Counted from the first letter of the stretch, positions 1 through 9,677 are shown. The stretch is DNA of 14,900 nt from Octopus sinensis (GCF_006345805.1 NW_021825746.1:1-14900); one strand, 5' to 3'. Translations and numbers: made by a program. Notes: generated by a model not told the origin, from the letters alone.

Positions 1-283
1 TCTTCCGATGGTAGTACTTGTCAAGAGCCCCGGCTATGAGTCAAATAGCAAAAGATGAGAGAACTGGGAGGAGACTACTTGCCCTTAGACATGTGTAACT
101 CAGGCCAAATGCAATTGGATCATGCCCTGATGTCGCTTAGAGTACTTAACCGATTTGAAAGTGATTAGCAAGAGTGAAGAGTAAATAAAACGGTAGAAAG
201 CAACTGAAAACCACCGTTGTGTTTTTCCCTTAGAAAACTAGGGACCTTCAGATATTGATATGGAAGTCTAAGGTCGTCGATAC

Positions 284-498
284 CTATTTCTTTACTACCC
301 ACAAGGGTATAAATACAGAGGAGACAAACAAGGACGGACAGACGGATTAAGTCGATTACATAGATTACAGTGCGTAACTGGTACTTAATTTATCAACCCC
401 GTAAGGATGAGAGGCGGAATTTGAACTCAGAACGTAACGGCAGACGAAATACCGCTGAGCATTTCGCTCGGTGTGCTAACGTTTCTACCTGATCGTCG
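284..498 (-). mobile_element. tRNA-derived SINE, family A, copy A1 (15-nt internal deletion)
   Basis: Reverse complement aligns over ~215 bp with copies at 2157, 3464 and 14498 (head ...GCAGAAACGTTAGCAC, GAGTTCAAATTCCGCC, 3' end GTGGGTAGTAAAGAAATA). Flanked by the direct repeat TCGTCGATAC at 274-283 and 493-502; the right copy overlaps the SINE 5' end. Confidence 0.9.
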
Positions 499-639
499 AT
501 ACTTTTAAACGTGTTACACAGAGTAAGATACAAACAATACATCCATAATATGCTGGAAAAGGGTTTACTTCAATTTTAACTGTAAAAGTAAAGTCAATAT
601 TAAGAGATCCCGGCGAGCTGGAAATAGGAAATATTTATG

Positions 640-1092
640 GGTGCAACCATGGTGGTATGGCTACGAAGCTCGCTTTGCAACCATGTGGTTTCGGGTTCAG
701 TTCCCACCGCAGAGCACCTCGGGAAAAAGTTTTCTACTATATCCTCGGGCCGACCAATGCCTTGCGAGTGAATATGGTAGACTGTGGGTGTGACAGCCCG
801 CCGCGCGCGTGTGTGTATGTGTGCGTGCGTTCGTGCGTGTGTGTGTATGTGTGTGTGCTTGGGAGTGTATATGCTATGTGTACGTGTTTGTGTTTTTCCC
901 TACCAACGCTTGATAATTGGTGTCGGTTTGTTCACGTACTCGAAATACAGCTGTTCGAGCAAAAATGACCGACATGATATGTACAAGACCTTTATAAAAA
1001 ACCCAAAATATTGAGGTCGATTAAGTTCCTCATGGCAGGGCTTCAGCATGGCAGCTGTCTAATGACTGAAGCAATTAAAATATATAAGAGAA
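640..1092 (+). mobile_element. tRNA-derived SINE, family B, copy B1 (diverged, full length, internal TG microsatellite)
   Basis: Colinear with B2, B3 and B5: head GGTGCA..TGG..GTATGG..AACCATGTGGTTTCGGGTTCAGTTCCCAC, core TTCTACTATATCCTCGGGCCGACC, internal (TG)n, and 3' part ending CAGCATGGC..TAATGACTGAAGCAA. Boundaries approximate. Confidence 0.8.
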
Positions 1093-2156
1093 TGTTTATC
1101 TCACAGTTACGAGGAAGAGTGGTATAGAAACAGAAAGTTTCTGTCCATGAGCGATTAAGATAATCGCTCTCCAACTATGTAGCAAGATCTTCTAATCCAT
1201 TGTGCAAGTATATTCTATCATAACCTCAAATGAACGAAATCTTTGTCAGTAATATTGACTCACAGTAATATTGAGCCACTTATCGCTTCTTTTAAAACCT
1301 CATCTGTCTTTATGATGTCTTTAGTGGCGGCCTAAGCATTTGGGTCATGCTTCCAGTCTGAAGATACACGTGTGCATTCTGTACTGAATCGTTCGAGCAT
1401 GCAAGGTATTGGGATGCTCAGCTGGTTCATGTTAGAGTTTAGATTCCCTACAGAGAGGTAGTCGTTGGTTTATAAATCGAAGGACGTAGAAATTGACTAG
1501 AATTTTCTGACAGACAATGGATGAAAGAATATTTCATGGAACTTCGGATAATCTAAATTTGGATCACGTTGTGAGAGAGAAAATAAAAATATTTGTTGAC
1601 GATTAATGTTTCTTTTTAATTCCTCTGGCAAGTTCGGTCGATAAGTCTGTGGAGGTTTAACGTTTCACTGGGTATCCTCAATAGAGGACTAGCGCCATTG
1701 TTACTCGAAGAGCTTAACAAATAACTATCAATGCAAATATATAGACAAGTATATATATATATTGGCGTTGAAACCTGTTAAGTTAGCCATAACCACCACA
1801 AAATAAATCTATAGCTCTGCTAAGGAACGACTGAAAAATGTATGGACGATTCAGCTAGTTAAGGTAAAAAATCAGTTTAATGAATGTTATAATAAATTAG
1901 TGTATTATAAGAGACAAAAATGTACGACCCGAATAGGGAGTCCTTTGTGATGTAACTCGTTCTGTTAGAAATAACAGTATGGTGTCCCTTTAATCACATT
2001 TTGCTGCCTTAAAAAAAGGTCGCATTTGTTAGTGTAGAGATAGGTATATTTTGTCTAAACAAAAGTGGTGGATCACGATTGTAATACGTTCTGCACCAGG
2101 GTTGATCTGGAACGAAAGAGTTACATCCGTATAAAAGAAATCAGTATAAAATCGAA

Positions 2157-2387
2157 GGCGACGAGCTGGCAGAAACGTTAGCACACCGGGCGAAATGCTT
2201 AGCGGTATTTCGTCTGCCGTTACGTTCTGAGTTCAAATTCCGCCGAGGTTGACTTTGCCTTTCATCCTTTCGGGGTCGATAAATTAAGTACCAGTTACGC
2301 ACTGGGGTCGATGTAATCGACTTAATACCTATGTCTGTCCTTGTTTGTCCCCTCTGTGTTTAGCCCCTTGTGGGTAATAAAGAAATA
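2157..2387 (+). mobile_element. tRNA-derived SINE, family A, copy A2 (full length)
   Basis: A-box-like AGCTGGCAGAAACG, B-box-like GAGTTCAAATTCC, body GCCTTTCATCCTTTCGGGGTCGATAAATTAAGTACC; about 90% identical to A3 and A4 by eye. Flanking direct repeats AGTATAAAA (2143-2151/2388-2396) and GTATAAAAGAAAT (2129-2141/2389-2401). Confidence 0.92.
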
Positions 2388-2439
2388 AGTATAAAAGAAA
2401 TGTATCTCATTTGTGTCTGAATGCTTGCATACACACGTA

Positions 2440-2607
2440 TATATGTGCATATGTGTGTTTGTGATAGAGAGAGAGAGATTATGTACGAGTGAGTGTGTGC
2501 GCGTGTAGTTGGTGTGGAGTGTGTGTATGTATTTACATAAAATTGTTTCAGTATGGGCATATGTGTATGTACATATGTGTGTGTGTATTTGTGTGTGTTT
2601 GCTTGTT

Positions 2608-2657
<50 letters not shown>
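2440..2657. repeat. Compound (TG)n/(TA)n/(GA)n microsatellite with pure (TG)n at ~2612-2657
   Basis: Directly visible; explains ORFs 2322..2714, 2360..2560, 2489..2719 and 2509..2703. Confidence 0.95.
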
Positions 2658-2658
<1 letters not shown>

Positions 2659-3228
2659 TTCAAATATAGAAAACACAAAAATGCAGATGACCGAGATAGG
2701 TGAAAGAAGAACAAACTAATAATTTGACGGTCAGGAAAAATGGAAAGGACTCTGAAGTTCAGAGCCTACGTTCTTTGACAGAAAGTATTGAGGAACGAAA
2801 ACAACGGACAAGACAAAAAAAAATAAAAAAGAAAAGAAAAATAAACGGGAAGAGAAAACAACGTATCTGTATTAATGGTTTCATATGTCGAATTGACTGA
2901 AAGGAAGTGGTTGAATGGAAGGAGAGATAACAATAACCTGGATAAAGTGTGTGCGCAGAAGCACATGTTTGAATATGAAGATGATGTGTGTGAGTTTATA
3001 TGTGTGTATGGGCGAGTGAATCTATGTGTGTGTGACCAAGAATAACATTATGTGAGCGTGCGTGTGTATACTTACATATGTGCATTTATATGAGAAAACA
3101 GTGGTTGTTTAGCCACAGACCAACTGTAATCGAGCAGAGCTATGACAAACGGCGTTCCAGGCATGACGAACCAGGTTCTTTTTTATATGAAGGGTATATC
3201 AAGGATAAACGTGTCGTTTATATATTTC

Positions 3229-3923
3229 ATCTTTTACTTGTTTCAGTCATTAGATTGCAGCCTTGTTGGGGGCACCGCCTTGAAAAATTTTAGTTGAACG
3301 AATCGTCTCTTGTACTTATTCTTTTGTAAATCCTAGTACGTATTCTATCGGTTCTCTTGCCGAACCGCTAAGTTACGAGGGGGTAAACTCGCCAACACCC
3401 GTTGTCAAGCGGTGATTGGGAGAAACAAATGCACAAAGATACACACACACATATGCACACACAGGCGGCGAGCTGGCAGAACCGTTAGCACACCGGGCGA
3501 AATGCTTTGTGGTATTTCGTCTGCCGTTACGTTCTGAGTTCAAATCCCGCCGAGGTCGACTTTGCCTTTCATCCTTTCAGGGTCGATAAATTAAGTACCA
3601 GCTACGCACTGGGGTCGATGTAATCGACTTAATCCGTTTGTCTCTTCTTGTTTGTCCCCTCTGTGTTTAGCCCCTTGTGGGTAGTAAAGAAATACATATG
3701 CACACACATTTATACAAATACACACACATACACACACGAGAGTACGCGCGCACACACATATATATATACGAAGGCTTCATTCTGTTTCCGTCTACCAAAT
3801 CTACTCACAAGGTTTTGGATGGCCTGAGACTATAGTAGAAGACATGTGCTCAATGTGCCACGCAGTGGGACTGAACCCAGAACCATGTGGCTGGGAAGCA
3901 ACCTTCTTACCACACATCTACGC
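3229..3923 (-). mobile_element. tRNA-derived SINE, family B, copy B2 (full length, interrupted by SINE A3)
   Basis: The reverse complement gives head TGTGTGGTAAGAAGGTTGCTTCCCAGCCACATGGTTCTGGGTTCAGTCCCACTGCGTGGCAC, core CTTCTACTATAG..CCTTGTGAGTAGATTTGGTAGACGGAAAC, an internal microsatellite, and a 3' part CGCTTGACAAC..CTTAGCGGTTCGGCAAG..TGACTGAAACAAGTAAAAG. Colinear with B1, B3 and B5. Confidence 0.88.
3464..3693 (+). mobile_element. tRNA-derived SINE, family A, copy A3 (full length, nested in B2)
   Basis: Starts GGCGGCGAGCTGGCAGAA, has a consensus B-box GTTCAAATCC, ends GTAGTAAAGAAAT. Perfect 15-bp TSD ACATATGCACACACA at 3449-3463 and 3694-3708. Confidence 0.95.
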
Positions 3924-5054
3924 TTTGCTTTTCCTTACAACGGCAGTGTTTGATTGAGGGAGGCTCGCTGATTCGGGTGGGTTGAGCGACCAGAGAGAAT
4001 CTCTGTTGCTATTGTTACGGGTATATTTATTTAACCTCAGGCTACACATGATCGAACCAACAGAAGATCAATTCTGTCCCTGTGTGGACATCTCCTTCTT
4101 TTAGGAGTACATCTGTTATGTCGCACGTTCGGATGCCTCTACTACGCAACTCTACTCTGCTCTACTACTGCTCTTTCCGTTCTCAACTGTTCACCGACCT
4201 TAACGTCTAGACTGCTCCCTCTATATCTTCGTATTGAGCTAGCCTACTTCATCGTCTGGGGGCGTCCATACAACAACATCTAAGACTACAATATCTACTA
4301 TGATCTTTCTTTCATTTATTTTTAAATATGATACAGTCTGATATGTGGGAGGCTTGGCTGTTATTTCAGCCAAATCGAAAGACCACATAGCGGCTTTTCC
4401 ACGATTCCTCGTTAAATATTTGTTTTCTTTGCAGAAAACAAAAACAAACACAAAAACTAAAACATAATGGAAAATTAATTGATGATTTTAGTAAATGCTA
4501 ATGAAACATTGAGCAGCATGATTTATTGAAACTATTTGTTAATCTGTTAGTTCTATAATGATTCTTTAATTAACATCTGACGTTTGAAAGACTTCTTTTA
4601 TAGCTGGTATTCCAGGAGTGTTGAAGACGACATGAATTATCTCATACTTGTTAAAATGACTGAAAAATTTCATAGTGAAAGACAGAGGGATTGATATCAA
4701 CAGACTTAATGATGGATGGACGGCTGTGATGGAAGAATATTCAATGTGTTGGAGATTCTGTGAGCGTAATCTGAAGTAGCAAATTAAGTCGAAGAAATTT
4801 TGGCCAGTTTTTAAAAACAGACACACACACACACACAAGCGCACATACTCACGCAGAGATTCTAGACGATCATACAGTCATATGTATATACACATATATA
4901 CACATATATTCACGGGCGTATACTCGCTTACGCACAGATTCACATAAACACACTAACACACACATACACACACGCACATGTGTGTGTGGATATATTTATG
5001 TCTCTGTATGTATGCATGCGTATGTAAGTTTGAATACGCATGTGCGTCTGTGAA

Positions 5055-5369
5055 GGTGCATGGCCAGTGTTTAGCGCATTTGGTTTGGAATCATGAGGTT
5101 GTGAGTTCGATTCCTGGTGAGAGCAGTGTTGTGTTCTTGAGCAAGACACTTTATTTCACGTTACGCCAGTTCACACTGTAGAAATGAGTCGTAACATCAC
5201 TGGTGCCAAGCTGTATCGGCATTGCACAACATCGATGGCACGCAGAGGGGAGACAGGTATGCGACTTCTGGTCTTCCACAAACAACCTTGCCCGGACTTC
5301 TGCCTTGGAGGGGAACTTTCAAGGTGCAATCCCATGCTCATTCGAGACCGAAGGGATCTTTACTCTTTT
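5055..5369 (+). mobile_element. tRNA-derived SINE, family C (single copy in window)
   Basis: A-box TGGCCAGTGTTTAG (5061) and B-box GAGTTCGATTCCT (~5104) at tRNA spacing, followed by TTCTTGAGCAAGACACTT, a CTTGAGCAAG.CACTT motif typical of SINE core regions. Ends in a short CTTTACTCTTTT tail. No second copy in the window, so the 3' boundary is inferred. Confidence 0.7.
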
Positions 5370-5370
5370 G

Positions 5371-5385
5371 TACACACACACACAA

Positions 5386-5437
<52 letters not shown>

Positions 5438-5456
5438 ACACTCAGAGACACACACA
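5371..5456. repeat. (CA)n microsatellite
   Basis: Directly visible; explains the HTHTHT tails of ORFs 5184..5518. Confidence 0.95.
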
Positions 5457-5784
5457 TATGCAGGTATGTATTTATATGTACATCTACCATTAAATACATG
5501 ACCACTGAATTACAATAAGTTTAGTAACAATAGACAATAACCGTCTGATAACATTATGCGCGATCATTATAAGCGGCTTCCACTACATCTACACATGTTT
5601 ATTGTTACCACTGAAGAATCTATAATTGATGGACTTTACCTTTACCAAATAGCCATGCATGTTACTAACCAGAGAAATGTTTGCTTTGTATTGAAAACAA
5701 AGACTTATCGTGACCATACATCATTCTGCTTCCATAATTCTAAATTCCTCGTAAATATTTCAAAGAATGACGTTCCGCCATTGA

Positions 5785-5797
5785 TGCCATCTGGTGG
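5785..5797 (-). promoter_or_regulatory. Candidate CTCF-binding motif
   Basis: The minus strand reads CCACCAGATGGCA, matching the CTCF core CCASYAGRKGGCR at all 13 positions, in sequence with no recognisable repeat. Binding is not demonstrated. Confidence 0.45.
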
Positions 5798-6178
5798 AAG
5801 ACATGTTTATATTCCACGTGATTTATCACACAGCGAAATGTACACAAAATGTGAATATAATTCTTCATTTCTATCTTTCGTCATTCTTAATTTTGTCTTT
5901 CTCTTATTTCGTTCCTTGATACTTATCTTCATTACTTTGGCACCTCTTCCCTTCATTCGTTTCTTTCTTTCTTTTTGTCTCTCCTGCCTCCTTCATTCTC
6001 TTCACAATCCAGCAGTTAGTTGAAAGTCACTCTGCCTCTTTCTTTGAACAGGTTCTCTCAGTGACCAACGATAGCATGTTTTACAATGCTTGATATTACA
6101 ACACACATGCATACACCAGTACACACAACACAAGCGTGTATACACACATACACACACAGACATGTATATACATATATA

Positions 6179-6323
6179 GGCACGGGTGTAGATGTGTGAT
6201 AGGAAAATTGTTTCCCAATCACGAGGCTTTGGATTAAGCCTTACTATGTATCATTTTGGGCAAGTGTCTTCTGCTACAGCCGTGTGAGTGGATTTGGCAG
6301 GTAGAAACTGCAAAAAGCTCGCC

Positions 6324-6387
<64 letters not shown>

Positions 6388-6654
6388 ATTTGTGTGTATG
6401 TGTGTTTGTGTTTGTGTGTGTGTGAGTGTATTTGTGTATTTGTGTTATTCTGTCAGTTTGTCATCCCGGCACAGCTTGAACCTGGTGCTGTTGTGTTTAT
6501 ATCCCCATGAATTAGCAGTTCGGCAAAAGAAACCGATAGGAGAATGAGCTTCATACTTAAGAACAAATAGCACTGGGATCGATTCCTTCTAGTAAAATTC
6601 TTCGAGGTGCCACATCTTGCATTGTCGCAGTATGCTGCCCGAAACAAGCAAAAT
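6179..6654 (+). mobile_element. tRNA-derived SINE, family B, copy B3 (diverged; internal (TA)n/(TG)n at ~6328-6440)
   Basis: Decayed head GGCACGGGTGTAGATGTGTG, core TTGGGCAAGTGTCTTCTGCTAC..TGTGAGTGGATTTGGCAG, 3' part TTAGCAGTTCGGCAAAAGAAACCGATAG..CGAAACAAGCAAAA. Colinear with B1 and B2. Confidence 0.82.
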
Positions 6655-6769
6655 TTATATAATACAATATGTATGATATATATATATATATATATAATAT
6701 ATATATTATATATATATATATATAAAAGGAAGGTGCGTGGAAGCAGTGCAAAGACACACACAAACACAT

Positions 6770-6997
6770 GTCTATGTGTATGTATATCTAAATTTGTCAT
6801 CCGACACACATCGATTGGTAACCGGTGTTAGTTTATTTCCATCCCCGTAAATTAGCGGTTCGGCGTAAGAAATGGTAAAATAAGTTCTAGACTGAAGAAA
6901 AATAAAATAAAAAAATAAGTGCCGGGAATCATTTGTTGGACTAAAACCTTTCAATGCAGTGCTCCAGCATGACCGCCGTTCAGAGACTGAAAAGAAT
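6770..6997 (+). mobile_element. SINE family B 3' half, copy B4
   Basis: TTTGTCATCC..ATCCCCGTAAATTAGCGGTTCGGC..GTGCTCCAGCATGACCGC..GAGACTGAAA matches the 3' halves of B1-B3; no head is visible. Confidence 0.75.
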
Positions 6998-7369
6998 GTA
7001 TGTGTGTATTTATTTATTTTAAAATTATTTAGAAAATAATAAGTTTGAAAAGTATAAAAATTTCTGAACCGCAATCTCTTAAAATTTTAAAAGTACTCTA
7101 TTTTTGCGTCTTAAAATATTTCTGTTTTCTTTGTCTATAAATAAAAAATAATTAAAACAAAAAAGAAAAAAAAGAAAAAATTTTGCTATTACATTCGAAC
7201 GGAATTTTCTCATTCATCGTCCTCGATAGAATAGTCAGCTTATTTATTTATTTATTTATTCGTTCATATATATTTTTTTTATATTTAATTTTTCTGTAAT
7301 TTTTTAATCAACATACTTTAAAAGATCTAAATTTTAATGTCGCCGAATGAATAAATTATATTTTGAAGT

Positions 7370-7629
7370 CTATATATATATATATATATTTATAAAAAAA
7401 AAAAAAAAATATATATATATATAGATACATACATACATACTTATATATGCATGTGTGTGTGTGCATGTGAATTTGCGTGCGTGAGTGAGCGTGTCAGACA
7501 GAAGGTTTCTCTGTGTGTATGCATGTATATATTTGTATAAGAAGTCATATATGTGCATGCACAGTCATTCATCATGCATACAATCACGCACACACACACA
7601 CACACACACTGTGAATGTATATGAGTATG

Positions 7630-7663
<34 letters not shown>

Positions 7664-7672
7664 CGTATGTAT
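7370..7672. repeat. Compound (TA)n/poly(A)/(TG)n/(CA)n microsatellite region
   Basis: Directly visible; explains ORFs 7370..7710. Confidence 0.9.
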
Positions 7673-8080
7673 AGATGCAGAATAGAAAGAAAAAAAACGT
7701 AAATTTTCAAATTTATTGAAATTCAATTAATTATAAAATACTGAAGACTGGCTACAAATACGAAAATCTTGAAGTAATTTTTCTTCACTAACGTTTTCAA
7801 AAATAAAATTCATCAATTTGACACCAGAGTTTGAAAGAGAAAATAAAATAAAACAAGAAAAAAAATATTGCTATCATCTGAAATGACATGGAACTAACAG
7901 AATAAGATGTTATTAATTGCAAGGACGACGGATGCCATAATGTGAAGGATAGAAAAATCACATGAGTTGCAGTGTCTGGTAACGAGCGTTTACATTATGT
8001 TGTGGTTCAATTCGCACTAAATGCAGCATTGTATTTTATATTTCCGAGGACGATTAACAAAGTAATATTTACATATTCTA

Positions 8081-8530
8081 TTGGGTTTTCCGGAAAGTTA
8101 AAGGAAAGATAAGGTCAATAAATACGTGCCATTGCATTTTTAATCATCCAAATATGAACCATTTTGTTGCACAATGCGTCTCCATCTTTCCTTTAACTTG
8201 AAAATACCCTCTTCCCAGAATTGAGGTGGTTTCATGGCAAAGAATTCATCAAGATATCTTTTTATGTCATCCAAGGAATTGAAATTTTTACCATTAAGAT
8301 TATTCTGCAGAGACCTGAATAAGTGGAAATCCAAAGGAGCAATATCTGGTGAATATGGAGGGTGGGGTAACACATCCCGGCCGAGCTGCAGCAATTTTTG
8401 TCTGGTTCCAAAGCATCAAGTGCCGAAAATGAACTTTCTTATCTTCCATTTTAAAGTGTTAGAGAATTAAAACAGGTTATAGGGACATAAAACTTCTTCA
8501 CGAAAAGATTGCTTAAACTGGTCAGCACGT
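8081..8530 (-). mobile_element. Internally deleted mariner (IS630-Tc1-mariner) relic with 3' TIR; 5' TIR missing
   Basis: TIR-like end TA|TTGGGTTTTCCGGAAAGTT (TA at 8079-8080), resembling mariner ends of the TTGGGTTGGCCAAAAAGTT type. Transposase N- and C-terminal segments and part of the 5' UTR are present. No inverted copy of the TIR was found in the window. Confidence 0.9.
8140..8449 (-). pseudogene. Mariner transposase pseudogene: N-terminal MEDKKVHFRHLMLW joined out of frame to C-terminal TRQKLLQLG..HPPYSPDIAPLDFHLF..
   Basis: C-terminal frame 8406-8140 carries the mariner YSPDLAPxD motif (third catalytic Asp) and the GI.KL.ERW.....NG.Y end. ATG at 8449 begins a typical mariner N-terminus (HFRH.ML) in a frame shifted by 1 nt. 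Confidence 0.9.
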
Positions 8531-8547
8531 GGCTGACCAGTTTAAGC
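8511..8547. repeat. Perfect 16-bp inverted repeat with 5-nt spacer
   Basis: GCTTAAACTGGTCAGC (8511-8526), spacer ACGTG, then GCTGACCAGTTTAAGC (8532-8547). Confidence 0.95.
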
Positions 8548-8653
8548 CCGAGGCTATACTAGAAGACAATTGCCCTAGGTGTTACGCAGCGGGACTGAAC
8601 CTGGAACCATGTGGCTGGTAAGTAAGTTACTTACCACACAGCCTCCCTGCGCC
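8546..8653 (-). mobile_element. SINE family B 5' fragment, copy B5 (head and start of core only)
   Basis: Reverse complement GGCGCAGGGAGGCTGTGTGGTAAGTAAC..ACCAGCCACATGGTTCCAGGTTCAGTCCCGCTGCG..CTTCTAGTATAGCCTCGGGC matches the B2 and B1 heads and stops abruptly at the inverted repeat. Confidence 0.88.
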
Positions 8654-9178
8654 TATGGAAGAAATTGGAAGAAATTATTGTGTATAGTGCTCAGGAGCAC
8701 TTATGTATTGTATAATTTTTTTACGTTCAAATCACGTTTGTGATTCCCATCCTCACAAATGATATAACAACATTTGAATAAATTTATCAAACTCCATCAC
8801 ACCAAAAGAATTAGAAGATATCGTCTACGATACAAACATACACATCTTTATTAATAACTAGAATGCGAATATTCAAAAATTACATTCCTAAATAATAATG
8901 CGAATATTCCATGATAAATGATTTCTCCGTATCTATAGTTTAACGGAATAACTTAATCTCGTTCGAACATTAAAAGATGTTCATTAAATAAAGATGTTTA
9001 TAATTGTATCAAAAATTTTATGTTTGGGTTCGTTGATGTTTTCTTTAAGCTACCATTGTATGCAGTGTAGTTATTGAGTGTTTGTTGATACCGTTGTTGT
9101 TGTTGTTGTTATTGTGAAGGAAGGCAGCCGAGAAATATGATTTAGTGATCTTGATAAAAAAAGTATTAATTCTATAAT

Positions 9179-9645
9179 GATATATATATACATGGACTGT
9201 GTAAATATCATGCATACATGCATATAACTTAGTATATAAAGCGGTATATATATGATATATATATATTAATATATATATATATTATATATTATATGTATAT
9301 ATGTATATTTATATTTATAATATCAAGCTGTAGTGTTGCTATGTCTTAATAGTTATATATGAAAAAGTTTTTTAGAAATCTTATATATACATATATACAT
9401 AACCAAGCACACACATATATTTGTATCTCTCACAACTATATGTATATATGTATGTATATATATATACATATATATGTGTGTGTATATAAATGTGTATAAA
9501 TATATGTATATATATATATACAAACACACATGTACATATAAAATTCAATCGAAAATTATTAGTAAATGTTATTTATTATATATACACAAATACATTACAC
9601 CCACTCACACACACACATACACACAAATATGAATATATGTATGTG

Positions 9646-9677
<32 letters not shown>

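Noticed and set aside
140-240. GCAACTGAAAACCACCGTTGTGTTTTTCCCTTAGAAAAC, reminiscent of an RTE/BovB-type GGCAAACCACT..TTGCC..GAAAAC motif
   Set aside because: Similarity is from memory only and short, with no second copy or coding evidence in the window; it needs a Dfam/Repbase search.
611-632. CGGCGAGCTGG followed by AAATAGGAAATA, resembling fused 5' and 3' ends of SINE A
   Set aside because: Only about 10 matching bases per end and no TSD; could be chance.
657-1014. ORFs 657..968 and 784..1014
   Set aside because: They lie entirely within SINE B1 and its TG microsatellite.
1149-1169. 9-bp hairpin GAGCGATTA-AGA-TAATCGCTC (also 7-bp ones at 2750-2764 and ~8686-8701)
   Set aside because: Arms this short are expected by chance in 15 kb, and no CTRR end supports a Helitron terminus.
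1247-1278. 16-bp tandem duplication CAGTAATATTGA(CT/GC)CA containing TGACTCA; similar 13-bp repeat AATGCGAATATTC at 8862 and 8897
   Set aside because: Ordinary small local duplications with no other support.
1960-2125. Possible highly decayed dispersed repeat (TGTTAGAAATAACAG..CTTAAAAAAAGG..CAGGGTTGATCTGG), with possibly related scraps at ~3945-4100 and ~4345-4395
   Set aside because: Too diverged to align convincingly within the window; left uncalled pending a library search.
2700-2900. Lys/Arg/Glu-rich ORF starting at GTG
   Set aside because: Purine-rich low-complexity sequence with no splice signals or homology.
4041-4283. 80-codon open + frame after an acceptor-like CCTCAG
   Set aside because: The peptide is not protein-like and the 5' part looks like a decayed repeat; an open frame of this length is plausible by chance.
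4919-4932. 14-mer TATACTCGCTTACG also present at 10687-10700
   Set aside because: One 14-bp match is about the chance expectation for a window this size, and the flanks do not align.
5556-6023. Longest ORF in the track (155 aa)
   Set aside because: The last third is a pyrimidine-rich tract where stops are rare, and the remainder has no recognisable motif; compatible with chance in AT-rich DNA.
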